From positions 18,383 to 82,382 of the forward strand of contig CAYPBR010000001.1 in assembly GCA_964409005.1 (NCBI GenBank): 64,000 nt of DNA, read 5' to 3'. The notes beneath the pieces are model-generated. The model had not been told where the DNA came from and did no database searches. It saw nothing but the letters and a program-made list of their open reading frames with translations. Origin of the DNA: Candidatus Woesearchaeota archaeon. GTDB lineage: Archaea > Nanobdellota > Nanobdellia > Pacearchaeales > GW2011-AR1. Made by a program: the position numbers and the translations under genes. Positions 30,846-41,629 of the stretch are shown one piece after another; the stretch's first letter is position 1; the number at the start of each line of letters is the position of its first letter.

Positions 30846-33800
30846 TTACAAATTAATATTATTTAGCAAATCTCTCAATTTTCTAAATGGCTTTTTTACC
30901 TTTTCAAAGCCAATTCCAACAAGAATTTTGCCATTACTTAATTTCCCCTGTGCAACATAATAATCATCATTACTAGCTTCATCCAAAACTTTAGCACACA
31001 TCTTATATATATTATGAAATACAACTATTTCAGTTTGATTATTTTCCCAGTCTTTTCCAACAAGAAATATCATTTTCTTATTATTCTTATCAACTATATT
31101 TTTTTTACTTAATATTTTAAAACAATAATATTGATCTCCACTATCTAAATGCTGATTTAATAAAGCTGTTTTTTTATTTTTAATTATATAACTAAGTTTT
31201 TTTATCGTTTCGACAGATTCACTACAAAAAATATTAAACTTACAAACTTCTTTCTCCAATTTCCTTTTCTCTTCCATTGTAAAATCACCTCTATCTTTAT
31301 ATTTATTCCAATGTTTCCATAATTCCTTTCTTACAACCTTCTCATCTTTATTCTTATACTTAGTTTTAACTACCGACCAATTAACCCAAAAATCATGTAG
31401 TGCTTTTCTATTGCCGTTTAAATTATCAAAGGCACCTATATCTATAAGATTTAAAATAGCAGTCTTATTGGATTTCATTTTCAATTCTTTTATACAAAAA
31501 TCAGAAAAAGAAATAAACGGTTTTGCCTTAGATATTTCAAACGGTAACGCACTTCCAACTCCATGTACAATTGACAAAGGTACTCTTATATTTTCACCTT
31601 CCATATAAAATTTATCAGTAGATTTACCTATATCAATTTTATTAAAAACATTAGCATTAGTTTTACGTTTCATAAAATTCATATAAACTTCCAGCTCATT
31701 TCTCTTTTTAAAATCTTGAACTGATTCTTTATTTTCAACAGTATTAAGTAAAGCAGTAAAATAATATTTTGTATAATATTCTCTCATGTATAGTGTCTGC
31801 ATTGCTATGATAGAATACGATACAGAATGACTCCTATTAAAACTATACTCAGCAAAATAAGCTAATTTATCAATCAACTTATCAATTGCTTTATCTTCCA
31901 TTTGAGCATTTTCTCTTGCTCCCTTTCTAAGTTTAGTCATTGTAACAACTAATCTTTTATCCAATTTTTTATTTTCAGTACTTGTTTCCATTAAATATAA
32001 ATCTTTAAAAATCTTTCTTGATTTATCGGCTTCTTCAAGCGTGAAACCACCAAGTTTATGAAGTATCTCTATAAATTGTTCTTGATACGCAATAGTTCCA
32101 TAAGTACTATTAAGAATCTCACCGAAAATTGGCACTTTATAATGTTCGCTAAATTTCTTTCCTAACTGTTTAAGTTTTCTTCTTCTATGTACATATTTCA
32201 TATGCTCATTTGCCTTTACCACTGCAGGTCTATATAGTGCATTTATAACCGCCACATCTTCAAAATTTTCAGGCTGTACTTCTTTTAAAAAACTATTTAT
32301 TCCATAAGCCTCAAATTGAAAAATACCAATACAATCTTCATTGCATAGTACTTCATATAAATGTTTATCATATATATAAGCCGATACATCATTAAGATCA
32401 ATTTGTATACCAAGATCATCTTCAACCATCTGTACAGCATTTTTCAATATACTTACATTTTCAAGTCCTAATATATCAATCTTCAATACTCCAAGTTGTG
32501 TTAATTCTCTAAAATCTTTTCCCTCTTTAAATGCTGTTACTATATCTCCTTTAATTTTAGACACTGGTATATAATCATAAATAGGACTTGGAGTAATAAC
32601 TGTACCTCCAGCATGTCTACTAAATTGTCTTATTCTACCTATTAATCTATCTGCCATTAAAAACATTTCTTTATTCTTTTTAAAATAAGTCTTTTCTTTA
32701 TTTGTCCATTCTTTGTCTTTTATTTGATCTTTAAGATAATAAATAGCACCAACATTATCATTATCTATCTTTTTAATTATAGTTCTAAACTCATCATCTT
32801 TATCTTTTTCTTTTACACGGGCCATATCCCACAATGCACCCTTTGTCCTAAATGTACTAAATGTAATTATATGTGCAACTCGATCTTCGCCATATTTCTG
32901 TTTTAAGTACTCTTCAATTTCAGATTTACGACTACTTTCAAAATCTAAGTCAATATCAGGAGCATCATTTCTATCCTTATTTAAAAATCTTTCAAACAAT
33001 AAATTAAATTTTATAGGATCAACTTTTGTTATTTCCAATAAATAAGAAATAAGCGAGCCAGCCGCACTCCCTCTTCCCGGCCCAACTGCTATATCTTTCT
33101 TATTACAAAAATTAATAATATCATGTACAATCAAAAAATAATCAGCATAATTTTTATCTATAATTACCTTTAATTCTTTTTTAGTTCTTTCAATATAATT
33201 TTCAGGTATTTTCAATCCGTTAAATATTCTTTTTAATCCTTTTTTACACTCTACTTTAAGCATAACATTTGAATTTACTTCATATCCATCTTTATCAATA
33301 AAAGCAGGAAACTTATTTTCTTCATCAGATAAACTAAAATTACATTTGTCAGCAACATCTTTAGTAGTTTTAATTGCATTATCCATTACATGCTTTGCAA
33401 ATCCATATCTTAACTTTTTGTTTACCTCATAATAATATTCAGGTGTATGAAAATATAATTGTCTAGCATCAAATCTAAAAATGCTTTTATCACTTTCTTT
33501 TTTTCTTTGATTAATCATTAATAAATAATCTTGTAATTCAACATCATTCTTTTTTATATAATGACAATCACCAGTAGCTACATAGTCAATTCCATGCTGT
33601 TGACATAAATATTGAATACCTCTTGTTACATCTACTTGATCTTTTATTTCATTAAAATGTAATTCTCCATAAAAATCATCTTTAAATACTTTTTTCCATC
33701 TTAAAAATATTTTTTCTGCTTTTTGCATATTTCCATTTATTAAAGGTTCTGCAATTATACCTCCCATACACGCTGTAAGGCATATTAACCCTTTTGAATG

Positions 33801-34175
33801 TTTTAATACAAAATCTGTTGTAGTTCTTCCCTTATAGTAAAATCCATTCTTAAATGAATCATAATTTATTTTAAGTAAATTTTTATACCCTGTTTTATTC
33901 TTTGCTAAAAGGACTACATGCTTATTAGTTCTTTTTTCCTTCCCTTTTCCATTATCTCTATTGTCATTCAAATAAAATTCACATCCAATAATAGGTTTAA
34001 TTCCATTCTTCTTACAGCTATTTGAAAATCTCAATACACCTGACATGCTACCATGATCTGCTATTGCAATTGCTTTCATCCCGACTTCTTTAGCTTTTTC
34101 CACGTATTCTTCAGGACTCGGAATTCCGTCAAGCAACGAATAATAAGTATGAATATGTAATTGACAAAAATTCAT
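30846..34175 (-). CDS. dnaE: DNA polymerase III alpha subunit
   Basis: PHP HIHTYYSLLDG, GPGRGSAAGSL, FERFLN, PDIDLDF, KIDILGL, FNRSHS. Confidence 0.97.
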   Translation of the reverse strand: MNFCQLHIHTYYSLLDGIPSPEEYVEKAKEVGMKAIAIADHGSMSGVLRFSNSCKKNGIKPIIGCEFYLNDNRDNGKGKEKRTNKHVVLLAKNKTGYKNLLKINYDSFKNGFYYKGRTTTDFVLKHSKGLICLTACMGGIIAEPLINGNMQKAEKIFLRWKKVFKDDFYGELHFNEIKDQVDVTRGIQYLCQQHGIDYVATGDCHYIKKNDVELQDYLLMINQRKKESDKSIFRFDARQLYFHTPEYYYEVNKKLRYGFAKHVMDNAIKTTKDVADKCNFSLSDEENKFPAFIDKDGYEVNSNVMLKVECKKGLKRIFNGLKIPENYIERTKKELKVIIDKNYADYFLIVHDIINFCNKKDIAVGPGRGSAAGSLISYLLEITKVDPIKFNLLFERFLNKDRNDAPDIDLDFESSRKSEIEEYLKQKYGEDRVAHIITFSTFRTKGALWDMARVKEKDKDDEFRTIIKKIDNDNVGAIYYLKDQIKDKEWTNKEKTYFKKNKEMFLMADRLIGRIRQFSRHAGGTVITPSPIYDYIPVSKIKGDIVTAFKEGKDFRELTQLGVLKIDILGLENVSILKNAVQMVEDDLGIQIDLNDVSAYIYDKHLYEVLCNEDCIGIFQFEAYGINSFLKEVQPENFEDVAVINALYRPAVVKANEHMKYVHRRRKLKQLGKKFSEHYKVPIFGEILNSTYGTIAYQEQFIEILHKLGGFTLEEADKSRKIFKDLYLMETSTENKKLDKRLVVTMTKLRKGARENAQMEDKAIDKLIDKLAYFAEYSFNRSHSVSYSIIAMQTLYMREYYTKYYFTALLNTVENKESVQDFKKRNELEVYMNFMKRKTNANVFNKIDIGKSTDKFYMEGENIRVPLSIVHGVGSALPFEISKAKPFISFSDFCIKELKMKSNKTAILNLIDIGAFDNLNGNRKALHDFWVNWSVVKTKYKNKDEKVVRKELWKHWNKYKDRGDFTMEEKRKLEKEVCKFNIFCSESVETIKKLSYIIKNKKTALLNQHLDSGDQYYCFKILSKKNIVDKNNKKMIFLVGKDWENNQTEIVVFHNIYKMCAKVLDEASNDDYYVAQGKLSNGKILVGIGFEKVKKPFRKLRDLLNNINL

Positions 34176-34475
34176 TTACGCTCCCTTCCTTTTTTTTATC
34201 CTGTCCTTTATCTTTTGTGATAACTGTTATATTATTTCTAATATAACCTCATCTGAAAAGTTGTCTGTATACTTCAAGACATCACGCACTATAACTTTTT
34301 GTTTCATATTTATATCTCTTTTATTTAATTTCTCCATAAAACCATGAAAAAACTATACATGGTAATAGATTAAAATAAATCATTTCTTTCTTTTTGTCCA
34401 CAAACACACCCACCCAAAAATCATATAAAGCAAAAAATAATTTAAACCTTTTACTTTTTTTCATTTAGTAATCCT

Positions 34476-35102
34476 TTAAGGTCTTTTTCTTCTATAAAAA
34501 TATTCAGATGGAAGCCAGTAATGAGCCTTCAATCCCTTAACATTCCAAATCAATATCTCCGAATGAAATTCAACATTTACAAATACATCCAAAGGCATAC
34601 TAATTATTGATGTTATTTCAGCTTTACAATCGTCTCTAAAATATTCTGATCGTTTACTAAATACCCTTTGATTTAAGCGAAAACCCATAGGAGCAAATAA
34701 CACTACTGAAACTTTCTCTCCAAACAATTCAAATATCTTTTTAAGAAAAACTTCAGGCATTAATTGCCGACCTTTAATATTATTAAAAGGTGGATTGCAC
34801 ATTACTAATGATGGTTTTTCAACATGGTCATAATCCGGTAAACCAAGAAAATCTTCATGAAGAAATGTATTCAAATTATTTTTTATTTTCTTATCATCAA
34901 TTCCTATAGTATAACAATTCTTAAATGCTTCTGCCAATCTTCCATCGCCGCATCCCACATCAACTATTCTTGGACGTTTACCACTAATATTGTTATACAA
35001 TAATTCAGCTAAAAAGTCACATATTCCGTAAGGAGTTTTAATATCGCATTTCTTCTTGTTTTCATGATAGTTATTTCTCGTTACTGTAAGTGGTGATGCC
35101 AT
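34476..35102 (-). CDS. N6-adenine DNA methyltransferase
   Basis: VDVGCGDG SAM-binding motif followed by NPPF. Confidence 0.85.
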   Translation of the reverse strand: MASPLTVTRNNYHENKKKCDIKTPYGICDFLAELLYNNISGKRPRIVDVGCGDGRLAEAFKNCYTIGIDDKKIKNNLNTFLHEDFLGLPDYDHVEKPSLVMCNPPFNNIKGRQLMPEVFLKKIFELFGEKVSVVLFAPMGFRLNQRVFSKRSEYFRDDCKAEITSIISMPLDVFVNVEFHSEILIWNVKGLKAHYWLPSEYFYRRKRP

Positions 35103-35370
35103 TTTATTTTACCTCACTTTTTTCAAATAATATATAGCCTATATCTTTCAACCATTCTTTTCTGTACTTATAACCATCAGCGTCAATATAATCATAAAAT
35201 TTTTTATCGTTACCAGTTGTAAATTTTACATCTATTGTTTTGCCCATTTTTCTCTGCATACTAATAACAAATCCATAATCCCCTCTTTCATCATGGCCTA
35301 TAAATGATAATTTTAAATAATCCGGCATTTTTTTAAAACATTTTACTGTAGCTTTCATTTTTTTATTCCT

Positions 35371-36522
35371 TTATTTTTTTATCTCCTTCCAAGTATCATT
35401 TAATCTTCCCTTTATAATATTAATACTACTTTTATCCTTCTCAATCAATATGCACTTTCTATTGTTTTTCATACAAGCAACTCCAACAGTTCCAGCACCA
35501 GCAAATGGTTCTAATATAGTTTGTTTAGGTATAGTAAACTTTTCCAACAGTATTTCAAATCCTGCTACTGCCTGTTGCCAAGGATGAAGTTCTTTTTCTT
35601 CCTTTAAATCACTTTCAAAAAAATCAACAGTCATAAATCTTTGTTTTTTTATTGGCAATTTTTGAAATATTATAATAGACCTATAAAGTTGATATATATT
35701 TCTCGGAAAAACCCTAGCGTGTTTACCACGTAATTTCATACACATCTGCCAATAATACTCAAGATGTTCTTCCATCCTATTTAACACTTCAGGTAAATAA
35801 TAAACTCCTGTATATGTAATACAAAACCCACTCGGTTTAAGCACTCTATTAGCTACTTCACCTAACTGACTCCATAATGGTAAAAATTTCTTTGGATAAG
35901 GAGGATCAGTTATTATATGATCTATAGAATTAGGCTTTATATTTTCCATACAATAAGAATAAAAGTCACCGTGTATTACAGAAAACAATTCTTCTCCTTT
36001 ATACAAACTACCTTTCCTTTTCATTGCTTTCCTATCTTTTTCAGTCTTTTTCTCTCTTACTTTTTTAATAACTTTTTCTCTTGTAGGTAAATTTCCTTTT
36101 TTTGTTTCCTCATTGATTACTTCCTCTATAGCATCTTCATTATCAGCTAAAGTTTGAGCACGCATTATATCTGTTCTGTTAATACCAGTTTTTTGTAATG
36201 GAGTTAAGATCGTTACACCGGTGGAACGATCTGACTTCTTTTTTCTATATTTACCACTAATCGTTCCTCCGGACGTTCTAGGAACTTCCTTTAATAAATT
36301 TCCCATCTTCGCTTCTGCATACAATACTACTCCACCCATGAATTGAGTCTCTTCTAATTTTTGATCATAGACGCTCTTTGAAAGTCCTAATCTTTTAATT
36401 GCGTCTATTTGAACTTTATGAGATTCAATTCGTCTTTTCGTTATAATTATAAATTGTTTTAACTCATCAATCGTCGCCGGCAAATTCTCTTTTCTCAATA
36501 CTAACGCTTTTGATTTATCCAT
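35371..36522 (-). CDS. DNA methyltransferase with N-terminal extension
   Basis: ITDPPY, HPWQQ, EPFAGAGT. Confidence 0.88.
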   Translation of the reverse strand: MDKSKALVLRKENLPATIDELKQFIIITKRRIESHKVQIDAIKRLGLSKSVYDQKLEETQFMGGVVLYAEAKMGNLLKEVPRTSGGTISGKYRKKKSDRSTGVTILTPLQKTGINRTDIMRAQTLADNEDAIEEVINEETKKGNLPTREKVIKKVREKKTEKDRKAMKRKGSLYKGEELFSVIHGDFYSYCMENIKPNSIDHIITDPPYPKKFLPLWSQLGEVANRVLKPSGFCITYTGVYYLPEVLNRMEEHLEYYWQMCMKLRGKHARVFPRNIYQLYRSIIIFQKLPIKKQRFMTVDFFESDLKEEKELHPWQQAVAGFEILLEKFTIPKQTILEPFAGAGTVGVACMKNNRKCILIEKDKSSINIIKGRLNDTWKEIKK

Positions 36523-37075
36523 TTGATTTCCTTTTAACTAATTTTATATCACTCTTTACTTCGTTTCCCCACACATCCCAACCTTTAATTTTCTCTCTTG
36601 CAAATAATTCTATTCTTAATAAATCACCAAACAGTTTTACAATTTTATCTCTAATAATATCTGGTTTGCGACTATGTTCACGAACAGGTGATACTATAAC
36701 TGAACGCACACTATGGGACAATCTTTTTAATGGTTTGCCCTTTGTTGCTAATAAACATATTTCAGCATTACTACGAGTATAATAACCCATTCCTAAAAAA
36801 ACACCCTTACCTGATTTATTCTTTTTAATCCAAGTAAATGCATTTGTTTTATATTCAAATCCCCAACTTTCTATTATTGGAATAGCCCAACTTAATTTAG
36901 GAAATGTAACCCACATAAGCAATACTGAATTCTCATCAGATATATTATTAACAGGTAATTTTTTTAATTCGTCTAATGTCATCGTACTATACTTGTTAAC
37001 AACATATCTACTACTTGATTGACCAAATTTATAATGCCATGGTGGATCAGCATATATTATTTTATATTTCTTCAC
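36515..37075 (-). CDS. MT-A70 family adenine methyltransferase
   Basis: IYADPPW, WGFEYKT, HSRKP, IELFAR, GWDVWGNE. Confidence 0.92.
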   Translation of the reverse strand: MKKYKIIYADPPWHYKFGQSSSRYVVNKYSTMTLDELKKLPVNNISDENSVLLMWVTFPKLSWAIPIIESWGFEYKTNAFTWIKKNKSGKGVFLGMGYYTRSNAEICLLATKGKPLKRLSHSVRSVIVSPVREHSRKPDIIRDKIVKLFGDLLRIELFAREKIKGWDVWGNEVKSDIKLVKRKSNG

Positions 37076-37959
37076 AGGCGTACTTCTTTATTTTCCAACA
37101 TTTCAATAAGTTTATCAACCGTAAAATCTTGCTGTAATGTCGCGCATCGCCCTATGTGCGTAACATTTTTAATACTTGATACTTTAAGTCCCTTTATCAT
37201 TCTTCCAAAAGGAATCTGAATTGTCTTTAACACCTTACAGGAGTAATCTAAATCAACTTTTGGAATGAATACACGTTCGGACTCTACGCAAAACTGTTTT
37301 TCAGCGATCTTTGTAATTCGATAATAAGGTACACTTTTATCACAGTATACAAAATCAACATCTTTCATTTTTTTCGCAAGTGCATTACTCTCGATTATAC
37401 AAATATACATCTGTGCATTTACAACTTTAATAAATTCACCTTCTATTAATGAATCAAATAAAGGCACTGGTAATGTATTTATTAACTGATTGTAAAAATA
37501 CGCTATTTGAATCTGTTTGTGAACAGGATTAATTCCACTTAGCATTCTACTTTTTACATTAATCTTTTTTATATTTAAAAACATTTTTCTTGTTCTAATA
37601 TTAAATCTATTCATTAATTCCCGATATAATTTTACCATATCATATCCCTCAATATCAGTAAAATCATTATCAACGTTCCAATTGTTATCCATATAATCCT
37701 GCTTTAATGCATCACTAACTTTTGTTGTTACTTTATTATCAACAAAAAATCCAATTTTATAAACTCGAGGTTTAAAAAGTTTATAAGATTTTTCATTAAT
37801 AAACTTACTAATAAACTCATCCACTGCTTTTGTTCTTCTTAATATTTTCAAACCAGAATATTCAGCATCTTGTCCTTTACCTCTTGTAATAATACTGAAA
37901 GTTTTAAAATAAAAAGAAATTATTAAACCTGTTATGCCCCCACCTAATATTAAATTCAT
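37072..37959 (-). CDS. FAD-binding oxidoreductase-like protein
   Basis: N-terminal ILGGGITGL, INTLP, PYYRIT, IGRCA. Confidence 0.6.
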   Translation of the reverse strand: MNLILGGGITGLIISFYFKTFSIITRGKGQDAEYSGLKILRRTKAVDEFISKFINEKSYKLFKPRVYKIGFFVDNKVTTKVSDALKQDYMDNNWNVDNDFTDIEGYDMVKLYRELMNRFNIRTRKMFLNIKKINVKSRMLSGINPVHKQIQIAYFYNQLINTLPVPLFDSLIEGEFIKVVNAQMYICIIESNALAKKMKDVDFVYCDKSVPYYRITKIAEKQFCVESERVFIPKVDLDYSCKVLKTIQIPFGRMIKGLKVSSIKNVTHIGRCATLQQDFTVDKLIEMLENKEVRL

Positions 37960-37971
37960 TTAAAGCTCCTT

Positions 37972-38514
37972 TTATAGTTTATTCATTATTGATTGTAATG
38001 TTTTTTTTATTTTTTCTTGCTTGATTTTACTAACATTCGACCTTTTCATCCCTAGTTCTCCAGCAATATCACGTACACTCATACTTTGCATAATCAACTT
38101 CGCAATTTTATTTGCTCTTGATCCTTCTCCTCCTAATTTATATACCAATTTATCTAATATATTATTTGTTTCAATTTTATTCAATACAGCATTATCATCG
38201 TATTTATCATCAAGCAATTCATATTGACAAGTATTGTCCTCCTCTGTTTGTAATACTTCAATATAAAGAAGGTTTAAATTAGCTTGATTACTTATATAAT
38301 ATTTTCTTAATATTCTTATATTGGCATAATAAAGACGCTTTTGAACAAAAAACTTAGTTAATTTTTCTTTTTTACTCCACATTTTAAATACAGCAATAAG
38401 CAATTCCTGATAAGCATCATCTCGGTCTACCCCAAAATTAGTATTAATCTGAATACTATTAGCCCAGTACGAAATATTCTTTTTTACCATTTCATAAATT
38501 TGAAAAAATTCCAT
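37972..38514 (-). CDS. small RNA polymerase sigma factor (ECF-like)
   Basis: DRDDAYQELLIAV (region 2); C-terminal HTH SVRDIAGELGMKRSNVSKIK. Confidence 0.75.
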   Translation of the reverse strand: MEFFQIYEMVKKNISYWANSIQINTNFGVDRDDAYQELLIAVFKMWSKKEKLTKFFVQKRLYYANIRILRKYYISNQANLNLLYIEVLQTEEDNTCQYELLDDKYDDNAVLNKIETNNILDKLVYKLGGEGSRANKIAKLIMQSMSVRDIAGELGMKRSNVSKIKQEKIKKTLQSIMNKL

Positions 38515-38549
38515 TTTTAAATCCTCCTATAGGTTTTTTACATACACTA

Positions 38550-39074
38550 TTATTTTGGATTATTATGTATCGTTGTAACTTTTAATATTTTTCCTCTTTC
38601 TTTCAAATTATCTTCCCACCATAAAGGCCAAAGATTATCTAAAGCCCAGCACTTTTTAAATTCAGGATCGTTAACGCTTTTATATGAAAAGCTTGAAATA
38701 GGTTTTCTATGATGAACTTCCCATAATCCATAATTCTCTATTATCATTCCCGGAAGAAATCTTGAAGTTAAAGTTTCTACAAATTCTTCAAACGTATATC
38801 CTAATATTTCACAGTAATGTTGACTAAATTCCTTTTTATCCTTAAGAGATTGAGACATAGCAGTTATCATATTTTTACTCAATTTAAACATAGGATCATT
38901 TTTTCTTCTTTTCCTCATATATCGCTTATAATATTCTTTACCTTTTCCAAATTGATAATATTCATGCATACAATCCCTACACCAAGTACCATATCCATCT
39001 CTTTGAAATTTATTTTTATTAAATTTGTTTATCGGTCTTATCTTACCGCATTTACTACATTTTTTCTTTACCAT
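38550..39074 (-). CDS. HNH endonuclease, paralog of 23480-24034
   Basis: CSKC..CRDC; WEVHHRKP, NLWPLWWEDNLKE. Confidence 0.8.
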   Translation of the reverse strand: MVKKKCSKCGKIRPINKFNKNKFQRDGYGTWCRDCMHEYYQFGKGKEYYKRYMRKRRKNDPMFKLSKNMITAMSQSLKDKKEFSQHYCEILGYTFEEFVETLTSRFLPGMIIENYGLWEVHHRKPISSFSYKSVNDPEFKKCWALDNLWPLWWEDNLKERGKILKVTTIHNNPK

Positions 39075-40130
39075 AATTTACGCTCTCTTTTTTTACAAAT
39101 TAATATTGTAGCTTCTAACGAATTTTACGGTTTTTTCTTCCTTTTAACTTAATAGTATCATCTTCACTATAAGATTTTTGAGGCGTTACATCAACAACCT
39201 GTTTTGCTTCAGGTTCTTGAATTTCTTTAACAACATAATCAGAAGTAATTATTACTTTCTTCTGTTTTTGAAAATCTCTTTTCTTTTTTCTAACAACAGC
39301 TTTAACAACATCAAATTCTGACTTGCGCTCATTTAAAACTTCTTCAATCAAACCGTCGACCATCTTTACTACTTTGTCCCTTAATTTTGATCTATCCATT
39401 TTCTTTCTCCTATTTAATTTTTATAATTATCTTTAAAAAGCACTTAATAAATATAGCAACACCAACAAGAAAAATAAAATCTACGAAGCAAATAATAATA
39501 AATCCAACAAACGGGTATACAACTATAAACCATGAAACATAAATATAACCAAATAATTTTAAAATGCATAACACTAAACTAAGTTGAAAAGCTATTGCAA
39601 GTATAATTATATCTTTTTTTACATTTGCATCCATAATCTTTACCTCTACTTAATTTTTTTTACATCTTTAATAATATGTTCTTTCCCAACTTTACTTATT
39701 GTAAAAGTGTATTCAGGTGGTATACAACCCATTCCAATCGCTTCAAAGTATTTGCTTATAGCTGTATATTCCAGTTCTTGAGTAGCATAAAAAAACTCAC
39801 ATCTAACAACTATAAAATCTTTTAATATATTAACTAAAGATTCATAATTTACAGATTCTATTACAACCTGTGAGATTTTTAATCTTCCAATTCGATTTTT
39901 ATTTTCATTCATTTTTTTATCCTCTTATCTTTCTGTAATATTGACTTGCAACAACTTTTCGCTATTTTTAGATGTAGCGTGACTTGCAGCTAAAGCTCTA
40001 TTTATCCCATTTACTACTTCATTTAAAACAACACCCTCTAAAACAATATCAACACCTACATTTGAACTTTTTATAACACCTACTCTCTGAACTCGTCTTA
40101 TTTTAAAACTAATTATTTCCATTTTATTCC

Positions 40131-41081
40131 TCATTTTATAAACTCCCTAAATAATGTTTTAACTTCATTAATACTTAATTCATTTGGGTCTTTATCAATA
40201 GGCAATCTAATAACTTTAACAGGTATAACTTCCCTAATAAATTTGGTTATATCATTAATACCCAAAATTAATTTACTTCTTTTTCTTATGGTTTTTTCAG
40301 GTACATCACCGTCTAATGTAAGAATGACTTTAGAACAATACTTTACCATTTTCATTAATTGAATTTCTGTAGGCTTTTTTGTACCTATTGAAACAGCCGG
40401 GACTCCATATTGCTGTAAATATATTGCATCAAATTCACCTTCAACTAATACAATAGTTCTTCTTTTTTTCAAGTGCTCAAGCCCAAATAAAATCATTCCA
40501 GTATCAGCATCTTTGCTCTTTCGTATTCGTATAGTTTTATCATCAGTAATTGATCTGCCATATATTGCAATCAATCTTTTATGCTCATCTCTCATCGGTA
40601 CTAAAACTCTCTCAACTCCTTTCCAATAACCACAACGTATATCAAATTTTTTAACTGAAGTATAATTAATATTTCTACTACGTAAATAATTATAATATTG
40701 AATATGACCTTTATTAACAAGTGGATAATTATTAAAAAAATTAGGATGAATCAATACCTTAATCTTTAGTTTAGAAGTGGTTCCCAAATTATCTAATCTT
40801 TTTCTTAATCTATCTGTTGATTTTAATACCTGAACAGCTTCGCTTTCATTAAAATCTTCTTCAATAATTTCTGTATCATCTTCAAACAATGCTTTTTTAA
40901 GACGATCAATATTGCCAACCACTCCACAAGAAAAACAATGAAATTTATCTTTCTTAAAGGAAACTCCCAAAGAAGGATTTTTCTCTCCATGAAAAATACA
41001 ATTCATCATTATAGTATGACTTGATTTAAAGTATCGAATATCTCTTTTTTCCAACTCTTTAATAAGTTGCCTTTCAGTCAA
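40131..41081 (-). CDS. dnaG: DNA primase
   Basis: CIFH..CFSC zinc finger; TOPRIM LVEGEFDAI, LDGD, KDPNEL. Confidence 0.92.
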   Translation of the reverse strand: MTERQLIKELEKRDIRYFKSSHTIMMNCIFHGEKNPSLGVSFKKDKFHCFSCGVVGNIDRLKKALFEDDTEIIEEDFNESEAVQVLKSTDRLRKRLDNLGTTSKLKIKVLIHPNFFNNYPLVNKGHIQYYNYLRSRNINYTSVKKFDIRCGYWKGVERVLVPMRDEHKRLIAIYGRSITDDKTIRIRKSKDADTGMILFGLEHLKKRRTIVLVEGEFDAIYLQQYGVPAVSIGTKKPTEIQLMKMVKYCSKVILTLDGDVPEKTIRKRSKLILGINDITKFIREVIPVKVIRLPIDKDPNELSINEVKTLFREFIK

Positions 41082-41629
41082 TTTTATTTTCTCCTAATCA
41101 ACATAGGTTATAGAATTGCCAGTTGCAATATTGACTTTATCACCACTTCGTGTGTAAAATGGCTTCAATATTTTGCCTTTATATTTGTGTGATAATCCAA
41201 GAAAAAACTTTTTGAATAGTCTCCATGTATATTTTGAAGCCTTTGCATTTCGCTTTTTTACTGCGTTTAGATATGCTCTCTTTAATGCTTTCGTTGTTTG
41301 CCCGTTCATTTTATTTTTCTCCTACCTTTTTAATTTTTCTCTTTAGAATTTAAAGTAACTGAATACTCATTTTATCTCATTCATTCTTTTCTCAAAAAGA
41401 CCTTCATCCTTTTTTGCCCGATTTAAAAGCATATCAAAAATCTTTTTATCTTTTGCACATATAACTAAATAAGCCTCTCTATCAGCAAGTAGTTCTTTCA
41501 TACCTCTTATTAAGATAGGAGATTCTTCTGTACCTATCATATAAATTCTTGTTTTATTATTCTTATCGTTCCGAGTTAATTCTATCTTACTAACCAAATC
41601 TTTTATCTCTTTAATCCTTTTCGAACTAA

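Noticed and set aside
30841..39107. 20-bp identity tttttttacaaattaatatt at 30841 and 39088
   Set aside because: Almost entirely A/T and only two copies, so chance cannot be excluded.
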